A stretch of DNA of 64,000 nucleotides from Puccinia triticina (Eukaryota), in NCBI GenBank assembly GCA_026914245.1, contig CP110439.1:6758001-6822000 (forward strand), given 5' to 3'. The notes below the pieces were generated by a model. That model did no database searches and was not told the DNA's origin. It worked only from the letters and a program-made list of their open reading frames with translations. Below are positions 50,160 through 61,829 of the stretch, in pieces. Position 1 is the first letter of the stretch, and each line of letters starts with the position of its first letter. The position numbers were made by a program, and so were the translations under genes.

Positions 50160-51933
50160 AATGTGGAACTCCGTCCGTGCCAGGCGGCGGCAGTTGTTGG
50201 AGGGGAAAAGTTTGGGGATGCCCTCCGGGGATTGGTCGAAGAGGAGGATGGGGGATCTGAGAGCGAAGAGGTATGAGGGGTTTTGATTTACGACGGCGTT
50301 GAGCGCGCGTCGGCGGGGTTGTATTTATTGAAAGGGGAGAGGGAAGAAACTGAGAAGGATGAGGAAGATTCGGGAAGAGGAGATCGTCGAGGGGCGCCGG
50401 AAGGCGGGATCCGAGTGAGGGGGATCGACAGAGAACGCCACGTGCGTGATAAGAAAGTGTCCCAGATCGTTGGAACAGATAAAGCTCAGAGTGCTCGGGA
50501 AAGTGATGAATATCGATTATCAATTGAATTCTGATGGAAAAACTGGTTCAGAGTGTCTCCCATGCTGTCCCATCATCTAAGTTTGGCCAGAACTTAGACT
50601 CCGGGCGCAGCACGCAGTGGGACCTTCATCATACACCCGCGCACGCCGCAAACACAAAGAGAAAGAAACAGACAAAAGAAAAAACCAAAACAAAACAAAA
50701 CTCAAACAAAACCAACCCACCCACAGCTAAACCATCCAACACGCGCAGATAAGAAACAAGACAAAACTAGACAGTGGTAGAAACAAAAGAAAAGGAAGAA
50801 ACTGGGGAAAAAAATGGACACAACACTATATGGAGGAGAAAAGAAACCCTGCGCGCCCAACCGCGCGCCGCCGCGTATTCTGATCTTGACACCGCGTGTA
50901 CCGGGCTGAACACCACAGCGCGTGTAACACTGCGGCTCCCAGTTGATTGCTGCAAGTAAATGCTCATCAGTATTGCGGGATCACTGGGTAACCATAATCA
51001 TAGCCATACTGACGTTGTTCTGAACGGCGCCATGGCCCCTGCCTCCCAAAGGGGATGCATTGACCCCGTCGTCGGGGCCAGCTTGAACGGTGTTGGACAG
51101 CCCAGTTGAAAGGCCTTGATTCCCGGAACCGCTGACTGCTGGGTACTTCTGCAATCAGATAATAAAATCAACCAACGATGAATTTGACATCCTGATGTGC
51201 CTGTCAAACCCAAGAGACTTACTTGGAACCTATATGCTCCGAGCAATCATACGGACGGTTGCGATCTTGGTTCCGGGGTCGTATTTTCGGAATCCCATTT
51301 TCTCTGGCAGGCGGGTGGGTAGGTGGTCGTGGTCGTGGTAGGCGGGCAGAAAGATGGCTGGTGGTGGCGTGCGGGCGGATGGGTAGTGGCGGCGGTAGCG
51401 GGGCGGGGGTTGTGAATGTGATGATGCAGTGCAGTAAGGTTTTCAGGCCCGCATGCCAACCTTATTGCTGCCGGGTGTAATGTTGGGTGGGATTTGCAAT
51501 GACCGGTGTGGGATCTGCATCACCCTGAAGATCCATAGGCGAGCCAGCCAAATTGGATCCTCGAGCTGGATCTGGATTTTCACAGATTTATGCCCATAAT
51601 GAAACAAAAAATTTCGGAATTTTGTCCAAGCTTCTTGAAAAAGACAATATGTGGAATGACAACCAGCAAAGCATTGTGAAAAAGCCACTTTTATTAGTCT
51701 GGAAAGCAAGGTTAAGGAGGCCGGTTTACAAACTATTAATTGAAGCTATCTTAAGCGAAATTAAGAGCTTTGGAATAAGTTGGTGTAAGGTTTAAGAACT
51801 GATTGCCCGCCAAGCTTCAAAGCCCCACGTTGAGGTCTATTGAGAATATACTTTTGCGTGTGGTTCAGGAAACTGTGTGGAACGAAGTTGTGGAATGATC
51901 GACCGGGAGATGGAATTAACTCTATGCGACTTA

Positions 51934-54900
51934 TTGTCTTTTTCGAAAAGGTTGGACAAAAACAAAAGAAATTGATTTCGAATATCCTTTGCAAATCCCA
52001 TAAAACCTAGATTCCCCAAAGTTTAATTGGGGAGTCCACCAGGCCGGTCAGCCTGAAGCCACAGCACTTGCGGACGCAAAGCACATGACCTGCCAAACAT
52101 CTTTGAATCGTGAAAGTACAGTGTGACTTTGGATTCAAGATCAGCTCCGCACTGCCAACCTGGCAGCTCTTCAGAATCAAACGAGTGGGTCGGTCAATAG
52201 GGTCAATCGAGCTCTTCTGGTGGTGCGTCCGCCCTTTCCTCCACTCCCTCTTCTGATAATCATTGCCGTGATTTTCCGGCGGACTGCAATTGTGGCTCTA
52301 TGGGCCAAATCGATTGTGAGTGGATTTGCCCACCTTCTTTTTTGAGGCAGCGAGATGACTTACTGGAGAATTTTTGGATCTCCAGCATCTGAAGGAGCCA
52401 GGTGTTAGTCTCTTATCTCCACCTGCGACGCTCAAATATTATAACCGCAAAACGAAGAAATCATCGCCGCTGGACGCTTCCCCTGGCGCGCCGGGCCCAC
52501 CGTTGTGCTCATCTGATCTGGTGGCAAGCTTGGTTGAAGCCTGCCGTGCGACGATCGGATCCAATGCAACCAACCTTAAGCTTGTACAATCGCCACCGTC
52601 TTCGGATGCTGGCTCCCTTGAGGGGGACCCCCCGCTGTTGATTGAGTACCTGAAGTTTGCAGGGGTTCTGCCTACCGAGAAGACGTTGGCGATTCTGGCG
52701 GGCAAAGATATTGACAGCTACCAAATGTTTGCGGACGGATACATGTCGAATGAAGATTTGAAGGGCTTGGGCCTTACTAAGGGGACTCTGGCGAAGCTCC
52801 GCAACAATGTTGGACCGTACCGACGCAGCCTTCGCCGTCAAAGGGAATAGTGTATTTGGGTTTTTTGCTGTCTGTTACTTGATTGGTCTTTCTTGTCCAG
52901 TGTTTGGGTTCTCTTTTTCTCGGACTGACAAAAATTTATACAATACACAACTGTTTCCTCTCTCTCACCAAAAATATATACAATACACGACTGTTTCCTC
53001 TCTCTTTTTTCCTACAAAGATAAAAACAGTCCTTCTGCCCTTGCTTGGTTTGCCGATCTCTCCTCTCTCTTGCTGACCTACAATTACAAATACTGCGCTT
53101 GGTTTCCTGATCGATCTCTCCATTTCCTGTCATCACCTTGGTTGAACATTTAGTTTCTTCCTACCTGTGAAAATACATATGCAAACATGGTCTGCACTTG
53201 ATATCGGTGGCTGAATGCACTCTTAGCAAGCAAAATGCCTTGCGCTCTGACCCAAAAGCTCTCAGCAAGCAAAATAACTCGCCCTCTGAGCCAAAGAATC
53301 ACAAGGATCGTGCACTAAGCGAAAGAAGTTCATCACTAAGGCACTCAAACTAATCATCTGCCGATGTACTCTGTGCTTGAGGCCAATGAAGGCTTGCGCG
53401 AATGTCTGCTCACACTAGAAATTGCTCAAGCTCTAAGCAAGCAAAATGGCTTGCCCTCAAGCCAAAGACTCACAAGACCCTTGCGCGCTAAGCGGAAGGA
53501 ATAGATCACTAACATTTAAGTATATTTTCTGGAGACTAAGTCGATAACACTAAATAGCCTATCCTTAATAAGTGTACTTTTACCAGGGAGAGAGCAGCGG
53601 CAAAATAGCAGAGTTGGAATGTTGGCTTGGCCTAACAACTATGTCAATAACAATACAGAACCTCTCCTTTAGGGATCTCCGGTAAGGAACTGAGTGAAGT
53701 GTGCTACATCTATCTGAAGTGTGCTGCATCTATCTATGGGAATAAACATCTCGTTCAAGTAGAGCGACCCCCTTGCAAAGTAGGCGGGCAGTCCCAATAG
53801 GGAATCGCAAATCAAGTAACGCCTGCTTGGACGCACTTCTGAAAAAGGTCCAATGTATTATGCCATGGGCGCTCAATCGGCGTTGGGTTCCAGAATCCTT
53901 TGAATGAATGCCGGCGACGTCCAGGAACCTCTCGAAGGGGACGCTTTGCAACTCGGGTGGTTCAGGGCCAAGTGGGATCCTTGCTTGGTGGGTCGGACCG
54001 GCTTGAGGCGACTGGATAACTCAAGTCGATGGGAGAGAAACCACGCGGAGGGCTGTAGCAGTCAGAGGCCCGCGGATCACTTCAATCTCGTCCGTTGATA
54101 CTGGCTGACATCCAGCCGGGACGCGTGGGGCAGTCGTGTTGGTTGCCAAGGGAGAGGGCCCCACCTCATGAATCTTTGGCGCGGAAGTCTTGGGGGTGGA
54201 CATTCCTTTGTGACCGTCCTTTGTGACGGCGCGTGTAACACTGCGGCTCCCAGTTGATTGCTGCGAGTAAATGCTCGTTGTTCTGAACGGCGCCATGGCC
54301 CCTGCCTCCCAAAGGGGATGCATTGACCCCGTCGTCGGGGCCAGCTTGAACGGTGTTGGACAGCCCAGTTGGAAGGCCTTGATTCCCGGAACCGCTGACT
54401 GCTGGGTACTTCTGCAATCAGATAATAAAATCAACCAACGATGAATTTGACATCCTGATGTGCCTGTCAAACCCAAGAGACTTCATTGGAACTTATATGC
54501 TCCGGGGGTCCTCAAGGCGATAGCGGGACGGCGCTCTCCATCGGCGTCCACTGGGTGAGCTCTTTTGACGGAATTTCCGTCGGCCGGCATTGACTAGTGG
54601 AAGGACAACAGAAGCGAGGGCAGGCATTAGTTAACTACAAAACAAAGTGAATCTAAATTACCAAAGTAATTAATTGGACTCACATCCGCGGGAGGGTCAT
54701 TTGGTTCACGCATAATCATCTTAAAGACGACTGCATTCGGAAAAAAGTCGTAGGCGGCCTCTGCAAACTTGGAGAACGAGGCGTCGCCGGCAACCTGAAT
54801 CTTGTTTGCAGCAGTGTAATCCGGATGCCCCGCGGACGGTTGCGATCTTGGTTCCGGGGTCGTATTTTCGGAATCCCATTTTCTCTGGCAGGCGGGTGGG

Positions 54901-55228
54901 TAGGTGGTCGTGGTCGTGGTAGGCGGGCAGAAAGATGTCTGGTGGTGGCGTGCGGGGGGATGGGTAGTGGCGGCGGTAGCGGGCCAGGGGCTGTGAATGT
55001 GATGATGCAGTGCAGTAAGGTTTTCAGGCCCACATGCCAACCTTATTGCTGCCGGGTGTAATGTTGGGTGGGATTTGCAATGACCGGTGTGGGATCTGCA
55101 TCACCCTGAAGATCCATAGGCGAGCCAGCCAAATTGGATCCTCGAGCTGGATCTGGATTTTCACAGATTTATGTCCATAATGAAACAAAAAAATTCGGAA
55201 TTTTGTCCAAGCTTCTTGAAAAAGACAA
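51934..55228. mobile_element. TA-flanked TIR element, copy 2
   Basis: TA|TTGTCTTTTTCGAAAAGGTTGGACAAAA ... TTTTGTCCAAGCTTCTTGAAAAAGACAA|TA; carries the empty Gypsy site at about 54225-54240. Confidence 0.75.
52374..52850 (+). pseudogene. SAM-like ORF, copy 2 (upstream exon deleted)
   Basis: Near-identical to 40727-41203; lacks the segment corresponding to about 40485-40670. Confidence 0.45.
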
Positions 55229-56111
55229 TACTTGTGGGCAACATAACATCGATGCAAGAAAACAAGCTATTAAATGTGACTAGCCCTTGCCCCGAATCGA
55301 TGCGACTCCCGATGGTAAATCAAAATCTCAAACATCATGGCCGAAGTAGCAAAAGATTAACCCAGGCTGGTTGCGGGCCACGTCGAGGTCATTCATGACA
55401 CTACATACAGATACATGTATGACGATGAGACTACAAAGTCTGAAAATACCATAAGCATCTGTGATCCAAATACTTCGACTCTTTGCCACTGCTGTTTCAG
55501 CACACTTGTCCAGACGTCAGACCAAACGAGAACTGCAAATGCAGACCCATCCGCTGTAGCCTCCACGCTCCAGTAGCTGGGAAAAGCTCCCGGGCGAGTG
55601 TAACCGGCCTCTCTGGAGGTGTTGCGGCCCCGAGGCAACGCTTATGTAGAGCGTATTTAAAGTAAACGGATGTGGGTAATATAAGCTGGTATACGAGAAT
55701 CAGTCAAGGACAAAAGAATTGTATCTGAGACTGATGGTGTAGAGAGCCAAGGATCGTTCTGAGGTAAGGTTAAGATATGCGGAAGGCGAATCGAATGAAA
55801 TTGGGAGAAAATGTTGATTGAGATTGGCAGCCAGAGAACAAAAGGATATCGGTGATATGAAAATTGAACTAGCTAACAAACGGCTTATTTGCGGTTGGTG
55901 GGTTTAGCAAAAAAGGGACCGATGAACGATGGTAAGAGTCTGTTAACAACATGATCTGAAAGAATTCAAAAATAGAATATCGGAGGCTATCACAGGAGTA
56001 GATGTCAGTCAATTGGTAATTATTGTGACAGAAAAACCATAACCGAGTTGATGGAACAAACCGTCGAAGATGATAACATCCCTCGATCACTGGTACGAAT
56101 CTTCAGATTCG

Positions 56112-58666
56112 TCATCCAGATCGCTGTCCATGCTCGGAGTTGGAGTAGACGCCAGGGCGAATTGATTCAATGAAGCGTCTGGTGGCTGGGGTGTTCCCCA
56201 TGAACTCCCGAATATCTGGGCAGACACTTATTAGCTCTTCCAAGGCGCCGGAAATTTCGGGCGTGAGACATTTGATGCTGTCCAGGCCATGTAAGATGAG
56301 AGATCCGCGTTGAGGAATCGGGGGGAGCGTGTAGTTAGTTCCCGTGGTTTTGAAACTTAAGAGAATGAAGAGATATGGAATGCTGTCGTCGAGTTTGACG
56401 CCCGCGGATTGCGAATTCCACTCGGGGCCTTCCAGTTTGAAACTAAAAGACTCGTTCTTCACCGTTACTCCGCAGAACGAGACGTGGTCTTTATCGAGTG
56501 TACACTCAGGACTGTCCGGCGCAAGGTAGATGGGGAACATCTGGTCGAATCCCCGTTGATCGGACTTGCACTGCACGGCCAGGCCTCGGTACAAGAAACT
56601 CATAAAATCGACCTGATATGGTGTATAGGAAATCTGTGTGAAGTGGTTCCAAAAGAGTCGACCTTCCTTCAAGAGCCGAGCTTGGTGATCGCCATTCATG
56701 TCCAGTTTCAAGTCCGCTTCTTTGATTCCAGTTAAGGCCTCCAAGAAGTCCACCAATCGAACCGAACAGCCGTATGGAATATGTGTTTGGTTGGTTGTGA
56801 TAGGGGAAGTCGACATAGCTTGCTGCATTGCCCGCAACAAGATGATTCTAGCAGCCAGTTCCCCAGAATTTTCGGTGGATATGAGTCCTTCTCGCGTGAA
56901 CACAGTGAGAGTTTTGATGCAGGAAACAAGCCTGCAATCCTCGCTTGCGAGGTACTGGTTGGCCGCCATGGACAACGTAAACTGTGACGGGTACTCGCTG
57001 ATCACTCTGGCGGAAGGTGGTGATAAGTACAAGCACTGAGCCATATGACTCGAGACCAACTCAGAATTTATCTTGCCGGCTTTGTGCATCGGTGGCTGGA
57101 TTGTGCAACCTAGCAAAGCGAAAACGTTACTCTCGGATAGTTCCTGAGATGGGCGTGGCATGGCAAGTAGCTTGTTGAGGGCCATCTGCTGGACCGTTGT
57201 AGCGATTCTGTAGTACGGGATGCCCTTTTTCTCGGCCCCCTCGGCGTAAATCCGGAAAAACGGGGTTCCGTAACTGAACAGCCTTGGTGGTGATAGCAAC
57301 TCGTCCCACGTAGTCGGTGGAGAGGGGGGAACCTTGGAGTCAAAGGTGCTAATTGCGTATATCGGTTCGTATAGCTCCTTGGGGCCGAGCGTAGGTGCGC
57401 CGAATTCGGTGCGCAGATTAGGGTAGTAATCCGCCATGGTTAATGATCTGTCTGCTAAGATGGCAAAGAATCCAAGGTTGGACGGTACCTCGGATAAAAC
57501 CCGACGAAGCACGTCAAAGTACAGCAAACTCTCAGCTTCCCTCGTTTGTTGGTCGACGAGAGCCCGTGCCTCATCAAAGGCCAACATCACCTTCAGTTTC
57601 GGATTCTTGATAAAGCGTGTACTTCTTTCCAACTTCTCTATTTTTTTCGTCAAGGCGGCAGAAGCACTCCATTCGTTCTTGCCCAATTCCTCCATTGTGT
57701 GTCGAACCCGACTTGTCAGGTAACCTCCGAATTCATGATTGTAGGTGTACCATTCCAACAGTCGGTCCTCCTCCTCACGGCCGGCGTATTGACGGGAGAA
57801 AAACTCTGCCACCACGTCGAAAATAGCAGCCAGAAGTCGGTAATAATGTGCCACGAGTTCGTATACGCTTTTGTGGCAAAGTTGGAATTCGTCCGCGAGC
57901 ACAGACCTTGGGGGTTCTCCAGTCGACCCCCTTGGGCGAAGGGAGATGTAGACGACACATATACTTTTCGAAAGTTCCATGAGTAAGCGAGTCTTTCCAC
58001 ACATGCTCGGCCCAACCAAGGCGGTGTATGGGGCGAGATATTTGGTGGAAACCCATTCTTCCGCGTAGTTGCTGAGAGACTTGAGGATTGGTTTCACAAT
58101 TATCTCCTTTCTCAGGTATTCATGGCTGTAACCTTCCCTGAGGATTGCGATGTGGTCGCGCAGGTCTGAGGACGAGGTTGTGACTACCTCCAGCATTTTA
58201 TTCATGGACATTGGGGATTCTGTGGTAGCTAACATCGGATGTTGATGAAAGAACACAAGCCTGACGAACTCTGCTTCCAAGTTGCGATCTAATCTCCAAA
58301 AGGAGGCCATGGCGGTGTGGGCAGAAGGTTTTCTGGAAAGGACGTTATGCCACATCGAATCACGGAAGAGGGGGGTGACTTCAGGAGACAGTTTGCCAAA
58401 AGCTACAGCAAGATCATCCAGGTATTGGTTGACCTTGCTCACTGCAAGTCCGAAAAAGTTAGAAATGAATTGATGGGCTGCTGGGTGGAAAGCGGGTGAT
58501 CAATTGAATTGAACATACATGAAGATTCACTGAGTAATCTGGAGACCGAGTTATGGCCGTCCGTGTCAAGCGGATGTAGTTCTTCGTACCGAGCATCAAG
58601 AGTGACGCGCTCCGATGCGATGTGTAGGTCTTCTGGGCTCGTTGGGCCGTCTGGTGATGAGCTCAT
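56112..58666 (-). CDS. P-loop NTPase fused to a C-terminal PD-(D/E)xK-like nuclease domain (~825 aa, 2 exons)
   Basis: ACCGCC-ATG at 58666; exon 1 to 58519; GTATGT..TTGCAG intron; in-phase junction at 58441 to the 776-aa ORF. Walker A GPSMCGKT, Walker B MLAFDEAR; C-terminal AVQCK..QRGFDQMFPI...FCGVTVKN. Confidence 0.8.
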
Positions 58667-59053
58667 GGCGGTGTCGTCAGCCGGCGAAGCTGAGATGGTC
58701 GACTGAATTGTGATTGTTGTTTGACGCAATGCAGGCCCCGATGGCTCTCTGATCTCGATGGAACCAGCAAGTCCCGTTGTCGTCGCAGAGGTGATACCGA
58801 TGTGGTGGCGAGCGAAACAAAGCCCGCGGCACCGCCAATTGGAGGACTTCCCGCCGATCTGGAAACCCAGATTTTCCCAGATTGATCCAATATCCGCGGG
58901 TTTTGGAGCCTTGGGTCTCAGATATCTCGTGTGATCCGCTGTGCTTAACCAGGTACATATCCCGGATTACCTACCGGATGTCCCATGCGGCTAAGGTTGA
59001 AGTGCCGCTTCCGTAGAGAATCCCGAAGATTTTCGTAACTTTTCTCCAGGATC

Positions 59054-59521
59054 ATGAAAGCCCGGCTTGGGTCATTGGTCATCTTTCTAAGCTTCACCAT
59101 ACTCTATCTGTCGTCGATTTCGGAGGCTTACTTAATAACGACAACGATCAGCCAACTCGACCAACTATCCTCCTCAAATTCCAAACAGGACGTGAACAAT
59201 TTCCACATTTCTACTCCGAAGCTCTTACTCGAACTCATTTTCCCATCCGGCCAGGTGGACGTCGACGCAGTGCTGGCATTGATTTCGGCAAGATTATCAT
59301 ACATTCCTTTCTTTAACAAGGTCAAAACAGATCAACTTGGATGCGATTGTCATTCGAGGTCCCAACATACCATCGAATCAACTAATTCGTCCTCAAGAAA
59401 TAACCCTACCGTCAGAAAACTTCGTCAAAGTTTGCCGTCCTTGAAACAACACCTTGTCCGAAGTTTAACCGGAAGAAGGAACACTGGATCAAGAAGGAAA
59501 AATGCTTCTAATAGTCGATGA
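59054..59521 (+). CDS. Candidate secreted protein (3' structure uncertain)
   Basis: MKARLGSLVIFLSFTILYLSSISEA looks like a signal peptide. The overlapping downstream ORF 59518-59751 suggests an intron or frameshift. Confidence 0.45.
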   Translation: MKARLGSLVIFLSFTILYLSSISEAYLITTTISQLDQLSSSNSKQDVNNFHISTPKLLLELIFPSGQVDVDAVLALISARLSYIPFFNKVKTDQLGCDCHSRSQHTIESTNSSSRNNPTVRKLRQSLPSLKQHLVRSLTGRRNTGSRRKNASNSR

Positions 59522-60076
59522 TAAACAAACTTCTGGGACTCTGCCGCTCGCTATCTCCCACAGAACCACACGGACTCCCGGTTACAGAACTTTACAAAAC
59601 GCTGTCGTATCAAATGCAACTTTCTATCCGCTCTTTTAATTCATTTCTCCCTGGGGACGCCGTGCCAGCAGGATCCTCCGAAGGAGGCACTTATGCCGCG
59701 GGTGTAGACAATCAGAAAAATGACATTCTTTTAATCCTCTGTGCTCGATGAGAATGGGCACATGTGAACCCTCCCAGACATATTAGACCCCCGCGCCCAA
59801 CTACACCACCACAATTTCTCAGGAAATTTTTGTGGTTCCAACACAGGTCTTGAGCATGCAGCAACAAATTTTTTTGGTAAGATCTGGCCTACCCAATGGC
59901 GGGTTTGGGTATGCCGGACCTCATGTTGGGATGCCAGATCTCATGTTGGGATTCCAAGTGTCCAACCTGACTTGTTGTATCTTCTTACTAAGGGAAGGGT
60001 GGGTTTTCCACAAGCCAAATGCTATTCCCGCCAACCATGGGAAGCTACACTACCAGTAACAGTAGTGTAAAGGAAA

Positions 60077-60415
60077 TGTAACAGAATTGGTGATGTTATG
60101 TTACAATAGCAGCAACCATGCTTCTGTTGTGTTTCATTTTTATTCTTATTTTCCTTTTCCTTTTTTGTCTTACCTCTAGCACCAGGAAAGATAAATTCTC
60201 ACTGGACTACAGGTGACATCAGCCTAAGTTCACTGAGCTACCCACCAGTTGCACAGTTGGCCACATATACAGCCCCCTGTAGGAAACAAAGGGGCCATTG
60301 TAGCTTAGTTGTGGTAGTGCCAGAGCTGGAAAAAAGTGACAGCCAATGTTGCTTGATGTCACCTGATGTCTGGTGACAATTGATTTTTCCACAAAATTCT
60401 AACAAATCTGTTACA
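60077..60415. mobile_element. Degenerate MITE
   Basis: TGTAACAGAATT / AAATCTGTTACA ends and an inner CAGGTGACATCA / TGATGTCACCTG inverted pair. Confidence 0.4.
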
Positions 60416-61829
60416 ATTTTGTCTGTAATTTTAGGGGGGCTAACTTTCTGATCCTTTACAAAAATGAATGATGACCAGGGCAGGGTTCAATTGTTGAAAT
60501 TCTCCACATTTGGGCTCAAGCATACCATTTGATAATGGTAAGTTTCAGTTCTAGGAAATTTTGAGAGAAATAAATTTGGGAAAATTGAATTTTCATGCCC
60601 TATTGTAAAGGCCCTAAGATGTTAAGTGGTGTGAAGTCACATTAGAAAAATTTTCCGTTGGATAACAGAAAATCAGTAAATTGCAATTGTTTTTCCCACC
60701 AAAGCTCCTACATTCCCACCAGAACTCTCACAGAGGGAAGGACTTTGACAAGTCAGGCTAAATGTGCTTGTTAATCCCACTGAAAATATTTTATGAATTT
60801 ATGATTTATGCATGATGCATGAACCAACTTTGAGTACCATACTTCTTGACTGCAAAAGGGGTTGCATTGGCTGCAACCCCCTGCAGTGAGGTCAACCAGG
60901 GGCAGCCAATATAAAATTGGTCTGGGAGACCAATATTATATCAGTGGGGCCCACCAATACATTACAACAAAGGGAAAATGTATTGGTAGGCCCTGCCAAT
61001 ATAATACCCATCTGGGAGACCAATCTTACATTGGTTGCCCCCGGTCAACATTTTGCGGGGGTTGTCACCAATACACCCCCCCTGGCAGTGCTTGAAGAGC
61101 AAAGCAACCCCATGGATTGCTCTCTGCAGGAGAGTCTTATGAGTCACCCCCCAATCCTTGGAGTAGCAGGTTGACTTCTCAAGTGTCAAAATCTCTCAAA
61201 AAATCATTAGAAACCAGCCATTAAATTTATTGAAAGTTGGCTTTGTCCAGATTGGAGGCCAGATGCTTTTGCACATTATCCATGCCTGACAAGCCCTCCA
61301 ACAGCTTAGCCTGATTTTATGAATCTGTTTTGAAGAACAATGAAGTTGTCTGCACTGGGGCTTTCCCACAAGGGTCCTGTAGTACTAGTAGCCTTCATAG
61401 TTGGAGCAGGGCTGCAGCTTTGGGGCTCACACTGCGAGGCTTTGATATGCCTGTAGCCAAAATGCCTTGGAGTGGGATATAAATATGTGAGATTGAGACT
61501 AGATTCCAATCAAGAAATACTCAAACAATTTAGTAAATGACTAATTAAGACGTCCCTTGAGGAGTCATGACTAATTAAAACAAATTGGCATTTTTGAAAA
61601 TAAATAAGTTGATCAAATCACCCAAAGAAAGGTAGTCAACGAAAGTTAGAAATGATACACATGCACACCAACAAAAACCCAAGAGCAAAAACAACAAAAA
61701 TAGAATCTTTCTTGCAAAAAAAGATTCTAAATTATCAATAGAAAGAGCTGAAGCAGAGGGGGACTTTTGGAGGAAGTTGGAAGAGAGCAGGGCAGGTGAA
61801 AGAAACAGGATATCAAACGGACTGTTTTT

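Larger units (their letters stand above)
42597..50917 (-). mobile_element. Full-length Ty3/Gypsy LTR retrotransposon, recent
   Basis: 756-bp LTRs at 42597-43352 and 50162-50917 (TGTGG...CCACA) with about 7 differences counted by eye; 4-bp TSD GCGC; tRNA-Tyr PBS. Confidence 0.97.
40151..51647. mobile_element. TA-flanked TIR element, copy 1 (~3.2 kb without the nested Gypsy)
   Basis: TA|TTGTCTTTTCCGAAAAGGTTGGACAAAA ... TTTTGTCCAAGCTTCTTGAAAAAGACAA|TA; colinear with 51934-55228. Confidence 0.75.

Noticed and set aside
60895..61075. Short CCAATAT-type degenerate repeats
   Set aside because: Too eroded to define a unit, ends or TSD.
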